A stretch of 64,000 bases of DNA from Methanimicrococcus sp. (GTDB taxonomy: Archaea > Halobacteriota > Methanosarcinia > Methanosarcinales > Methanosarcinaceae): NCBI GenBank assembly GCA_034006575.1, contig JAVESN010000001.1, positions 6,233 to 70,232 of the forward strand, in the 5' to 3' direction. Below, in pieces: positions 29,106 to 38,950 of this stretch. The notes below the pieces were generated by a model. That model was not told where the DNA came from, searched no databases, and saw only the letters and a program-made list of their open reading frames with translations. Position numbers and translations under genes: made by a program. Within the stretch, counting starts at the first letter, position 1. Each line of letters begins with the position of its first letter.

Positions 29106-29655
29106 GGTTTATCGCTTACGTTTTTATGGTATTATCGGTTCTGCAGATTATAATTTTATGATTTTGCGGACTCGTATTTTTTTCGGCCGTTTTTTCGGCC
29201 GTTTTTTCGTTTTCACGGAAGCAAATTTGTTTTTTTCGAGTTTGTTTGTTATGCCTTATGTATTTGTGTGTTTAAAAGTTTTGTTTTCTTTTTTTGACAA
29301 AATTATCGACAATTCACGAAGTCGGTTCTAAATCCGCGCGTTTTTTGGCCGTGCTCGTTCGATTGCGTTTTTGTTATTCTTTTTTTTCGAATGTTTTGCT
29401 ACCTTTTGATATCATTTTTTCCTCTCTTCATGCCTCTTTTTTTATAAACGGTATCCGTCTCCTCTCTCCTCGTTTCCGTTTTTATATTTATTAGATACCA
29501 ATGTATATAATTATCTTGGCTCCGATATTGTTAAATTTATTTCGTCGAATCGGTGTCCATAGCGTCAATTTTTCGATAAAGTATTTATATGAGCTTCTAC
29601 AATTGCTTCTTAGCAATACAGTATCGTATTATAGTTATTGCGAAAGGTGATTAAG

Positions 29656-29946
29656 ATGGCAGAAACAAGAAACTTTGTTTTAAGAGATAAAAATGGTATC
29701 GAATCCGGTGTCTTTACCGGCAAACAACCCCGACAAGCCGCATTAAAAGTCGCAAACCGCGGCGCGGGCACAAAGAAAAAACCCGAAACCGTCATGCTCC
29801 GTGAAAGAGGAACTAAAAAAGTTCACGTCTTTAAAGCATGGAAAGAAACAGTCGACGCACCCAAAAACAGACCCGCATGGATGCCCGCAAAAATCAACAA
29901 ACCCTTTGTTGAGAAAGTCAAAATCGAAAAAATTGACGAAATTTAA
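29656..29946 (+). CDS. Non-histone chromosomal protein MC1
   Basis: RNFVLRD...GVFTGKQPRQAALK...LRERGTKKVHVF...PAWMP...KPFV; AGGTGA RBS. Confidence 0.95.
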   Translation: MAETRNFVLRDKNGIESGVFTGKQPRQAALKVANRGAGTKKKPETVMLRERGTKKVHVFKAWKETVDAPKNRPAWMPAKINKPFVEKVKIEKIDEI

Positions 29947-29976
29947 TTCTTATTTCCGTTTTTTTGTTATACTCAT

Positions 29977-30001
29977 AGGCAAAGCAACTTTTGCTTTGTC
30001 T
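29977..30001 (+). terminator. Hairpin downstream of MC1
   Basis: aggcaaagcaa-ctt-ttgctttgtct followed by T-rich tract. Confidence 0.5.
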
Positions 30002-30447
30002 GATCTTTTTTTAAATCCGTTCATCATTATTTTATCTGTTCGTTTTTATGATATTATCTCTCTGTTTTTATGATATTATCTCTCTGTTTTTATGATATTA
30101 TTTGCCGCATCCGTCGTTTTATCCCTATTCGTTTTTCTATAATTTCATTTGTTTATTTTTCATTATTTTATTGTTTTTATTTTTCATGATTTTATTGTTC
30201 ATTTTTTATGATATTATCATTTTTCGTTTTTCGTTTTGTCTTTTGAAAATCAAGCGCCGTTTCCGTTGTAGGGCGCGCCTTTATTGGGAGGCCGCCGCTT
30301 TTCTCCTTCTTGATAAATCCGGTTTTTACGGGTTGAATTAAATGAACAAAACCGCTTTAACAATATCATTTTTATATCAACAGATATTTGTTAGCGGTAT
30401 CATTCTGTAATTTTATTATACAAATTCGTTGTTGAGGTAAATAAAAA

Positions 30448-31401
30448 ATGTCAAAATGCCCGATTCTTCCGGATGTTCAGGCGAATCGTCCCAACGTTCC
30501 GATTAATCTGACGCGTGTCGGTGTGACCGATGTTAAAAAACTGATTGAAATCAAAAGAGAAAACAAAAGGCCGATTATTTTAATGTCCTCTTTTGATATT
30601 TTCGTCGATCTTCCTTCAGACCGGAAAGGCGCCAATCTCTCTCGAAACTTTGAAGCGATCGATGAGATTTTAACGAATATTTCCAATTCTCCGGTTTATG
30701 AAATCGAGAATTTATGCGGCGACATCGCCGAAAATTTAATCGGCCGCCATGAATACGCCTCTCGCGCCGAAGTTCGCATGAAAAGCGAATACATGATTCG
30801 CCGAAAATCTCCCGCGACCGGCGTTGATTGTCAGCAATTCGTCGATATTTTCGCAGACGCCGTCGCCGAAAGAACGGAAGGCGCATGCGCCGTTCAAATT
30901 AAAAAATTAATCGGCGCCGAAGTGATGGGAATGACGGCGTGTCCGTGCGCGCAATCCATGATGCAGGAAGAGGCGGAGAACAAATTAAAAGAACTCGGCT
31001 TGGCGGATGACAAAATCGCGCTGTTTTTTGACGCCGTTCCGATGGCGACGCACAATCAGCGCGGCCGCGGAATCATATCCATCCAAACGCTGGACACGAC
31101 CGGCGTTCGTTTGGAAAACATCATTCGAATCATCGAAGAGTCCATGAGCTCCAACGTTTATGAAATTCTTAAACGCGCCGATGAAAAGAAAGTCGTCGAA
31201 GAAGCGCACAAAAATCCGAAATTCGTCGAAGATTGTGTTCGAACGATGGCCAAAAAAGTGACCGAAACCTTCCCGCAGCTCCCCGACGACGCCATCATTA
31301 CGATTAAACAAATCAACGAAGAAAGCATTCACAAACACAACGCCTTTGCCGAACGCGTCGCCCGAATCGGCGACATTCGCTTTGAAATTAAGAACGGCTG
31401 A
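30448..31401 (+). CDS. mptA: GTP cyclohydrolase MptA (methanopterin biosynthesis)
   Basis: [43 protein letters not shown]. Confidence 0.93.
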   Translation: MSKCPILPDVQANRPNVPINLTRVGVTDVKKLIEIKRENKRPIILMSSFDIFVDLPSDRKGANLSRNFEAIDEILTNISNSPVYEIENLCGDIAENLIGRHEYASRAEVRMKSEYMIRRKSPATGVDCQQFVDIFADAVAERTEGACAVQIKKLIGAEVMGMTACPCAQSMMQEEAENKLKELGLADDKIALFFDAVPMATHNQRGRGIISIQTLDTTGVRLENIIRIIEESMSSNVYEILKRADEKKVVEEAHKNPKFVEDCVRTMAKKVTETFPQLPDDAIITIKQINEESIHKHNAFAERVARIGDIRFEIKNG

Positions 31402-31417
31402 ACGGTCGATTTGTTCA

Positions 31418-31533
31418 TTGACACTGTTATTGACATTGTTCATTGACATTGTTCTTGACATTGTTCTTGACACTGTATTGACACTGTTCTTGACATTGTT
31501 CTTGACGCTGTTATTGACATTCTTCATCGACAC
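31418..31533. repeat. ~12-bp degenerate tandem repeat ttgacattgttc x~9
   Basis: Direct inspection. Confidence 0.85.
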
Positions 31534-31681
31534 GGCCGGAATCGAGGAGGAAATATAATTCTCCTTTTTTTCTTTTTTTAAACACGTGCGATTAATTTGA
31601 TAAAAATAAACCGCGCCAAACAGCAAAAACACCCGGCCGATTTAAGAAAGGAGAAAACTTCGACATATCGTTGTTTTTTAT

Positions 31682-31728
31682 ATTCATTCACGTCATTCAT
31701 TCACGTCATTCATTCACGTCATTCATTC
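31682..31728. repeat. 13-bp tandem repeat attcattcacgtc x3.5
   Basis: Direct inspection. Confidence 0.85.
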
Positions 31729-31783
31729 AATTTTTCGTTGATTTAACAGAACGTTTTTATTCTTAGAAACATTCAAATAAATC

Positions 31784-32098
31784 ATGGAAGAGCTCAAAGT
31801 TTTTGATATTCGCGGTTTGGAGATTAAAATCGACGATTATGTCAAATACATTAACACAGGAACCATCGGCAAAGTGACCGAAATCATGGAAGACGAGGAG
31901 GGCGTATGGGTTTTTTTAGATTCAACGGAGCTTTATTACAAAGTTGAACTTTTAGAACTCACCGATGAAGTCGTCAAAGAAGAAATCAAACGCAGAGACT
32001 TAGAAGCCGATATCGAAGAAAAGATTCGCATTCGAGAACAAGCCATCGAATCCCTTCAAAACATAGAAAGCAGAGACGCTCCCGGAGGCGCCGGTTAA
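31784..32098 (+). CDS. DUF2098 family methanogen protein
   Basis: VKYINTGTIGKV...WVFLD..LYY pattern; C-terminal GGAG. Confidence 0.75.
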   Translation: MEELKVFDIRGLEIKIDDYVKYINTGTIGKVTEIMEDEEGVWVFLDSTELYYKVELLELTDEVVKEEIKRRDLEADIEEKIRIREQAIESLQNIESRDAPGGAG

Positions 32099-32251
32099 TT
32101 CCGCCGAAACGATCTCAAAAAGAATGCCGCAACAGGCGGTATCTTTTTCATTTCTTTATTTTTTAATTGTCGTCTTATCTTGTCTTTTATTTCTTGCCGC
32201 CGCCACCGCCACCGACTTTTCGTTTCATTGACACTTTACATCGGGATTTAA

Positions 32252-33640
32252 ATGTCGCTTGCCGTTTCGATTCTTTTTTTCGTTTTGCTGTTGATTATTG
32301 TTCGAAAAATCGGCCCGTATCATTTTCCAATGTGGGCGTCCATGACGTTTGGCGCGCTCGCCGTTCTTTTGTTCAAACAAATCTCTTTTTCAGAGGCTTT
32401 TGACGCGATTTCATGGGACGTTATTTTCTTCCTCTTTGGAATGTTTGTCGTCGGCGCCGCCATTGATCTTTCGGGTATTTTAAACCGTTTTGTCTCAAAG
32501 AGCGTTGAAAAGTATCCGTCGGCAAATTCTTTTCTTTTCTTTTTCATTTTTTTTGCCGGATTTCTATCCGCTCTGCTCATGAATGACACCGTCGCCGTGA
32601 TTCTCACGCCGTTTGCAATCCGTTGCGCCCGCCTTAACAAAATTCCGTCCAAAATTCTGCTGTTCGCGCTGGCGGCTTCCGTGACGACGGGATGTTTACT
32701 CTCCCCCGTCGGCGCGCCCCCAAACTTAATCATCGCAACGCACGCTTTTAACGGGTCGTTTATCCCGTTTTTCGTTTATTTGGCAGTTCCGGCCCTGTTG
32801 AGCCTTTTGGCTTTGTATTTTTATCTCAGGATGCGGATGAAATCCGACAAACGCAAAAATTTAAACAAAACCGATATTAACAAAACCAATAATTTAAACA
32901 AAACCGATATTAACAAAACCAATAATTTAAACAAAATCAATAATTTAAACAAAATCAATAATTTAAACAAAACAGAATATATAAAATCAAATCCAAACGA
33001 AACGGATTATTTTTCTCCCTGCCCCGTTTTGGAAACCGAGAAAGACCCGGCTCTTTGCCGACTCACCCTTCTTTCACTTTCGCTCATCGTTCTTTTAATC
33101 TTATCTTCCGTCTTTTTCTCCCTCTTTTGGAAACCGATTCCGCTCGTTTTGATTTCCTTTGCCGGCGCTTTTTTGCTTTTGTTTTTTTCCAAAAGAAGAA
33201 TGGAATTGCTTCAAAAAACAGATTGGAAAACGCTTTTGTTTTTCGTTTCCATGTTTGTTTTAATCAAAGCCGTCCACATAACCGGATTTTTCCAAAATCA
33301 CATCCCGGAAAGCTTTGATTCGTCTCTTCCCGTTTTGTATTCCGTAAGCCTGATTCTCAGCCAATTCATATCCAACGTGCCGTACGTTTCCTTAGCGCTC
33401 CCTTTTTTGGAAACGGCAGAGCCCGTATATTACATGACGTTGCTTGCCGGAAGCACGATTGCCGGCAATTTGACAATATTTGGCGCGGCCAGCAACGTTA
33501 TTATCATACAAAACGCCGAAAAATCCGGAGAAACGCTCACCTTCTTCGAGTTTTTTAAATTCGGGGCACCGATTGTTTTGATTCAATCTTTTATATTTTT
33601 AAGTTGGTTGCTTTTCATTTTTATATTAAGAGCGGTTTGA
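32252..33640 (+). CDS. ArsB/NhaD/SLC13-type anion permease
   Basis: SALLMNDT, SPVGAPPNL, ISNVP, AGNLTIFGAASNVII; many hydrophobic helices. Confidence 0.88.
   Translation: MSLAVSILFFVLLLIIVRKIGPYHFPMWASMTFGALAVLLFKQISFSEAFDAISWDVIFFLFGMFVVGAAIDLSGILNRFVSKSVEKYPSANSFLFFFIFFAGFLSALLMNDTVAVILTPFAIRCARLNKIPSKILLFALAASVTTGCLLSPVGAPPNLIIATHAFNGSFIPFFVYLAVPALLSLLALYFYLRMRMKSDKRKNLNKTDINKTNNLNKTDINKTNNLNKINNLNKINNLNKTEYIKSNPNETDYFSPCPVLETEKDPALCRLTLLSLSLIVLLILSSVFFSLFWKPIPLVLISFAGAFLLLFFSKRRMELLQKTDWKTLLFFVSMFVLIKAVHITGFFQNHIPESFDSSLPVLYSVSLILSQFISNVPYVSLALPFLETAEPVYYMTLLAGSTIAGNLTIFGAASNVIIIQNAEKSGETLTFFEFFKFGAPIVLIQSFIFLSWLLFIFILRAV
32857..32975. repeat. In-frame 33/18-bp repeats encoding an Asn/Lys-rich loop (NLNKTDINKTN, NLNKIN)
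   Basis: Direct inspection. Confidence 0.9.
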
Positions 33641-33705
33641 TTCGCGCAGCGTTAAACAACCGTTTCTCTCATCCCGATTTCTTGCTTTAAAAAGCGTTCG
33701 TTTTT

Positions 33706-35133
33706 TCACTCTTGCTTTTTATTTTGAAGCGCATGACGTTCTTTCATGATGCATTTCCCTCCGCGGCGACCGCCGATCGGGTTTTTCGGGCACCCCAACG
33801 AATTCATACACCGCGCCATGACCGCCGCGCCGCGCGCAAGTCCGTCTTCGGCGAAAATAATTCTCTTTTCGGGCTCTTCTAATATCTTTTGCTCTTTTAA
33901 TTTTTGAAAAGTCAATTCTTTTTTCATTCCCGAAATTCCGGCGCGACCGGTAATCCCGATGAGGGTTCCCTCTTTTAACAATTCTTCATCCCGAACACAT
34001 TTGATTAGCAAAACCGCGATATCCGACATGACTTCATCCGCCAGGCGCGAAACGGCCGCCTTTCCCCCCTTTTCATAAATCTCTTTTCCAATCTCGGAAA
34101 TCCTCTTTAAATCCGAACCGTCCTCCCCGACATCGCATCCGAAAAGAATCAAACCGTTTTCGGAATCGCTCGTTCTTTGAATATGAAACGGACCGAATCG
34201 CTTTCTATCCGCCGGGATTTTCATCACGGAAACGGATTTCATAATTTCATTTTTAGCATTTTTTAATTCCGTTTCCAATCCTTTCTCAAAAGTTTCATTC
34301 TCGGATGGAATAAATTCATAAGCGCTTTTTTTATCGTCGTCGATTTCTAAAACCAACGCGTCGGCCACGGCGCCGGCATACCCGCAAAAATTGGCAATGG
34401 TTTGGGCGTACGGGCCGCTCTCATCCGAAATTCGTCCCGAAAGCGTCGTTCCCATATCAATCGCAACGCACGGATTTCTAAAATCAATACAGCTGTGTTT
34501 TGCGGCTTCTTTTAATCCGGCCAAAGCCAACTCCCCCTCCATCTCATTGGCAATCACGCCGTTCTTTAAACTCTCGGGAGGGCGGACGCTCGCAACGGCG
34601 CCGTCAAAATAGACGCATTCCAAATAAGAATGCGGTCTTAATAAATCCGGCATATTTTTCAAGCTTAAATATCCGGTCATTTTCCGCGGCGGAAATCCGG
34701 CTTTTAAACAACCATCGGCCAACGCCAATATAATCATTTGAAGCTGCTCGCCCGTCTCAACGGTAACGCCGGTGGAACGGACCACGAAATGGACATCCTC
34801 TACGGTCAATCCCTTCTCATTCAGAGTTTGCTCAATCGTTTCTTTAACCAATTCCGACAACGTTTCTTTCGTCAATTCCGTTCCGCTCAACGTTTTTCCA
34901 AAAACCGCTGAAAGTTGACTCGGTTTTTGAATTTCCCGCGTCAAGCGGACATGTTTTCCGATGACTTCCGTCGTTCCGGTTTTCAAATCCGTGACCGTTA
35001 AAATACACTTTGTCGTCGTATTTCCGGCTTCAACGGACGCGACGACGAAAGAGGAATCGTTCAGTGTTGCTTTCTTTTGGTTGACTTCTTTGCCGAGAAA
35101 TCGGCTTCCTGCAAATTCATATTCCTTTGACAT
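33706..35133 (-). CDS. Methanogenesis marker protein 14 (DUF2114)
   Basis: VASVEAGNTTTKCILT, FVVRSTGV, NEMEGELA, DMGTTLSGRI, EDGLARGAAVMARCMNSLG. Confidence 0.88.
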   Translation of the reverse strand: MSKEYEFAGSRFLGKEVNQKKATLNDSSFVVASVEAGNTTTKCILTVTDLKTGTTEVIGKHVRLTREIQKPSQLSAVFGKTLSGTELTKETLSELVKETIEQTLNEKGLTVEDVHFVVRSTGVTVETGEQLQMIILALADGCLKAGFPPRKMTGYLSLKNMPDLLRPHSYLECVYFDGAVASVRPPESLKNGVIANEMEGELALAGLKEAAKHSCIDFRNPCVAIDMGTTLSGRISDESGPYAQTIANFCGYAGAVADALVLEIDDDKKSAYEFIPSENETFEKGLETELKNAKNEIMKSVSVMKIPADRKRFGPFHIQRTSDSENGLILFGCDVGEDGSDLKRISEIGKEIYEKGGKAAVSRLADEVMSDIAVLLIKCVRDEELLKEGTLIGITGRAGISGMKKELTFQKLKEQKILEEPEKRIIFAEDGLARGAAVMARCMNSLGCPKNPIGGRRGGKCIMKERHALQNKKQE

Positions 35134-35151
35134 TTTAATCCCCTTTTTTTG

Positions 35152-35225
35152 TTATTTTAAATATTTTGATTATTTTGATTATTTTGATTATTTTAATTAT
35201 TTTGAATATTTTAATTATTTTGATA
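35152..35225. repeat. 9-bp tandem repeat attttgatt x~8
   Basis: Direct inspection. Confidence 0.8.
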
Positions 35226-35366
35226 GATTATTTTGTTATTTTGACAAAACCTTCATGATTTATAATCTATTCTGTTTTTTAATTTTTTATTTCATAATGG
35301 TAGATTTTTTAAATAGGGTACACCGTTATAATCCGCATGAATATATTTGTGTTAAGGGGTAAATAA

Positions 35367-35648
35367 ATGATTCCGAATGAAAAAATAGCCGAAATCGCCT
35401 GGGCCGCGCGAATCGCGGTGGACGAAAAAGATCTTCCCGAATTTCAAAAAAAAATCAACGGCAAACTGGATTTTTATGCCGTCATTCAAGACGCACCGAC
35501 AGAAAATGTTAAAAAAACAGTCAACCCGTCGCGTTTGAATACGGTTCTTCGAAAAGATATCGTTTCACCGTCTATGAAAACGGAGGACGCTCTTAAAAAC
35601 GCGCCGGAAGTTCATGAAACGTCTTTTAAAATTCCAAAGATATTATAA
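35367..35648 (+). CDS. gatC: Asp/Glu-tRNA amidotransferase subunit C
   Basis: Size, position before gatA, LRKD...ALKNAP...FKIPKIL. Confidence 0.85.
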   Translation: MIPNEKIAEIAWAARIAVDEKDLPEFQKKINGKLDFYAVIQDAPTENVKKTVNPSRLNTVLRKDIVSPSMKTEDALKNAPEVHETSFKIPKIL

Positions 35649-35686
35649 GATGTCGGCAAAAATTAAATTTTATTTTGAGGGAAAAC

Positions 35687-37057
35687 ATGGTTCAAACAAT
35701 TAAAGATTTTCAAGCCGCCGGGGAAAAAGCGGTGGCAAAAAGTCTGAATAAAATGAAAAAAGAAGACTTCGGAATTTTTGCAACGATTTGCGAAAATGCA
35801 AAACCCGTCGGCTCCGGCTCTTTATCCGGCGTTCCGATTGTCCTTTCCGACAACATTTCTTTAAAAGATATTGAGACGACTTGCCGTTCTCAAATATTAA
35901 AAGGATACATTCCGCCCTTTGACGGAGCCGCCGTTGAAAAACTTAAAAACGCCGGCGCTGTTTTAATCGGTAAAACAAACATGGCGGAATTCGGCATTCT
36001 CGGCGCCGCAAGCACATGCGGTCCCGTTTCCAATCCGTTGGACAAAACGAAAAAAGGCGGACCGAGCGGATCGGCCGCCGCCGTATCTTCCGGAATCGTT
36101 CCGGCCGCCGTCTGTTCGGATGCCGGCGGTCTTTTAAGAGTTTCAGCGTCTTACTGCGGAACCGTTTCTTTTAAACCGAGTTACGGCGCCGTTTCCAGAT
36201 ACGGTTTGATTTATTACGCCGGCTCCTTGGAACAAATCGGCGTCACCGCGTCAACCGTCTCAGACGTTGTTGCCGTTTTAGACGTTCTTTCCGGACACGA
36301 TGCGCGCGACACGACTTCGTTGCCGGAAAAAATCAATTACTCGGCGAAAATCAAATCCGGCGACAAACCTTTAACCGGATTTAAAATCGGCATTCCGCTC
36401 GAATTCTTAGAAGATGTCGACACGAGTGTTTTAAGAACTTTTGAAGAATCCGTCGCCGTTTTTGAAAAACTCGGCGCGGTTTGTGAAAAAATATCCTTAA
36501 AAACCGCTTCATGGATGCAGCCCGTTCACGACATTATCGCCGCGGGCGAAAGTTCGGCCATGCTTTCTCGGTACGACGGCACACGATTCGGGCCGCGCGC
36601 AAAAGCCGACAACTGGCATGACATGGTTGCCCAAACAAGAGCGCTTTTCGGTCCCGTGGTTCAAAGACGAATCATGCTCGGCGTTCACTTGCTGACCACC
36701 GGGCAGTATCAGGATTATTATATGAAATCCCTTCAAATTCGAACATTGATTGTCGATGAATTCGATTCCGTTTTCAACAATTACGACCTCCTCATTTCTC
36801 CGACCACGAACACGGTCGCACCCGACTTAAACGGTGTTTGTGTCGGCGGATGCGGGTTTGAACTCAGCTCGTATTCGGCCGCGATGGCCGGAACCGATTT
36901 GGCGGGTCTGCCGGTCGCCACCGTTCCGTGCGGCAACATCGGACATCTTCCGGTCGGCCTTCAAATGATGAGCGGTTATTTGATGGATGAAAACGTGATT
37001 GCCGCGGCGGACGCGTTTGAAAAGGCGATCGATTTCGTTCTTCCGGAGGCGGTTTGA
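35687..37057 (+). CDS. gatA: Asp/Glu-tRNA amidotransferase subunit A (amidase-signature catalytic residues substituted)
   Basis: GKTNM.EF, KPSYGAVSRYGL, LSRYDG.RFG, RRIMLG; between gatC and gatB; KDNI->SDNI and DTGGSIR->DAGGLLR. Confidence 0.9.
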   Translation: MVQTIKDFQAAGEKAVAKSLNKMKKEDFGIFATICENAKPVGSGSLSGVPIVLSDNISLKDIETTCRSQILKGYIPPFDGAAVEKLKNAGAVLIGKTNMAEFGILGAASTCGPVSNPLDKTKKGGPSGSAAAVSSGIVPAAVCSDAGGLLRVSASYCGTVSFKPSYGAVSRYGLIYYAGSLEQIGVTASTVSDVVAVLDVLSGHDARDTTSLPEKINYSAKIKSGDKPLTGFKIGIPLEFLEDVDTSVLRTFEESVAVFEKLGAVCEKISLKTASWMQPVHDIIAAGESSAMLSRYDGTRFGPRAKADNWHDMVAQTRALFGPVVQRRIMLGVHLLTTGQYQDYYMKSLQIRTLIVDEFDSVFNNYDLLISPTTNTVAPDLNGVCVGGCGFELSSYSAAMAGTDLAGLPVATVPCGNIGHLPVGLQMMSGYLMDENVIAAADAFEKAIDFVLPEAV

Positions 37058-38503
37058 ATGGTTTATGAAAATCCGGACCAAGTCATGGTCGGCCTTGAGA
37101 TTCACGTTCAGTTGAACAAAGCGAACACCAAAATGTTTTGCGGATGCACGACCGATTACACGGACGAGGCCGCAAACACCTGCCTTTGCCCGAGCTGTAT
37201 GGCGCTTCCCGGAACGACGCCGGTTTTGAATGAGAAATGCGTCGATTACGCGATTAAAATCGGTTTGGCTTTAAATTCCGAAATCGAAAACGAAACCGAT
37301 TTTTTCATGAAAAATTATTTCTATCCCGACCTCGGAAACGGTTACCAGGTGACTCAATTTGATAAACCGATCGTGAAAGGCGGATATGTCGTCATCGAAG
37401 GAGAAGACGGGGAATTAAAAGTTCGAATCAACCGCGCGCACATGGAAGACGATCCCGGAAAAATGGTTCACATCGGGTCGATTGCCAAATCCGCCGGCAG
37501 CTTGATTGACTTTAACCGCTCCGGGATGCCGCTTGTTGAAATCGTCACGGAGCCCGATATGCGCTCGGCAAAAGAAGCGCGCCGCTTTTTGGACAAGCTT
37601 CGAAGCATTTTGGAATATTTGGACGTTTTTGACGGCTCGCGCGAAGGCGCAATGAAGGCGGACGCCAACATTTCCGTCAACAGCTTTAACGGCAAGCGCA
37701 TCAACGGAACGCGCGTTGAAGTGAAAAACATCTCCTCTCACAAAGCCGTTGAGAAAGCCATCAATTACGAAATCATGCGGCAAAAAGACGCGCTTCGAAA
37801 GGGCAAAACGCTGATTCAAGAGACGCGGCATTATGACGAAGACAGAAACGTGACAATCAGTCTGCGTGCCAAAGAAACGGCGGACGACTATCGTTATTTC
37901 CCGGACTTTGATTTGGTGCCGTATGTGGTCGGCGATCGCGTCAAAGGCATTCGCGCAACCCTGCCGGAACTTCCCGACGCCAAACGCGACCGTTTTGTCA
38001 AAGAATATGACATTTCAGACGCGCACGCGAAAAGTTTGGTGACGGAGCGGGCCTTTGCGGATCTCTTTGAAAATGTCGCATCCAAAGTCGATCCGAAATC
38101 GGCGGCTTCTTGGGTAGCCGATATCGTCAAAGGGGAATTGAATTATCGCGATTTGCCGGTCACAACGATTTCCGCAGAAGACATCGTCTCGGTCATTTTA
38201 ATGGTTTCTCAAAAAGAAATCAGTGAAGAGAGCGGAGTTTTCATCATCCGCACGCTTTTAGACGACGGCGGAAAACCGGCGGACATCGTTAAAGAAAAAG
38301 GGTTGGCCATGGTCGCCGATGACTTTATCGCCGCCGCCGCAAAAGAAGCGATTGCCGAAAACCCCGACGCCGTTTCGGATTATAAAGCCGGAACGGAAAA
38401 AGCCTTGAACTTCATCGTCGGAAAAGTGATGCAAAAGTCCAAAGGAAAAGCGGACGCGCGACTCGCGCGTGAAATGGTTCTCAAAGAGTTGGAAAATTCA
38501 TAA
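37058..38503 (+). CDS. gatB: Asp/Glu-tRNA amidotransferase subunit B
   Basis: GLEIHVQL, KNYFYPD, DFNRSG.PLVEIVTEPD, DANISV, EVKN, DYRYFP, YqeY tail. Confidence 0.95.
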   Translation: MVYENPDQVMVGLEIHVQLNKANTKMFCGCTTDYTDEAANTCLCPSCMALPGTTPVLNEKCVDYAIKIGLALNSEIENETDFFMKNYFYPDLGNGYQVTQFDKPIVKGGYVVIEGEDGELKVRINRAHMEDDPGKMVHIGSIAKSAGSLIDFNRSGMPLVEIVTEPDMRSAKEARRFLDKLRSILEYLDVFDGSREGAMKADANISVNSFNGKRINGTRVEVKNISSHKAVEKAINYEIMRQKDALRKGKTLIQETRHYDEDRNVTISLRAKETADDYRYFPDFDLVPYVVGDRVKGIRATLPELPDAKRDRFVKEYDISDAHAKSLVTERAFADLFENVASKVDPKSAASWVADIVKGELNYRDLPVTTISAEDIVSVILMVSQKEISEESGVFIIRTLLDDGGKPADIVKEKGLAMVADDFIAAAAKEAIAENPDAVSDYKAGTEKALNFIVGKVMQKSKGKADARLAREMVLKELENS

Positions 38504-38540
38504 CAACGGATTTTAATGAATAAATCGGCTCGACCGGTTT

Positions 38541-38735
38541 ATTTATTTTTTATTTTATTCCGGTTTCTTGTATTTTTTTCGTTTTTTTTTATTTTATTCC
38601 GGTTTTTTGTATTTTTTTCGTTTTTTTTATTTTATTCCGGTTTTTTGTATTTTTTTCGTTTTTTTTATTTTATTCCGGTTTCTTGTATTTTTTCGTTTTT
38701 TTTATTTTATTCCGGTTCTTGTATTTTTTTCGTTT
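38541..38735. repeat. ~37-39-bp T-rich tandem repeat x5
   Basis: ttattttattccggtt(t/c)ttgtatttttt(t)cgttttt units with no spacers. Confidence 0.85.
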
Positions 38736-38950
38736 TTTTGATTTATTTTTCTCTTTCAATTTCGTTTTTTATATTTTCATTTCTTTATTTTTTTTGATAT
38801 GATTTATTTATATAATCCCTCGTCTTTCTTTATTATGTTTCATAAACGCTGTTTATTTTATCGGCGTTTGGCGTTTATTTTTATTGTATTCTTACTTGTA
38901 ATGATTCTAATAATATTCATGTATATCTCAACTGTAAAGGAGTTAAAAAT

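Noticed and set aside
31418-31533. Array of TTGACA bacterial -35 boxes
   Set aside because: Archaeal host does not use sigma70 promoters; explained as a 12-bp minisatellite.
38541-38735. Possible CRISPR array (~37-bp repeats)
   Set aside because: Units are contiguous with no unique spacers, low complexity, and there are no cas genes nearby.
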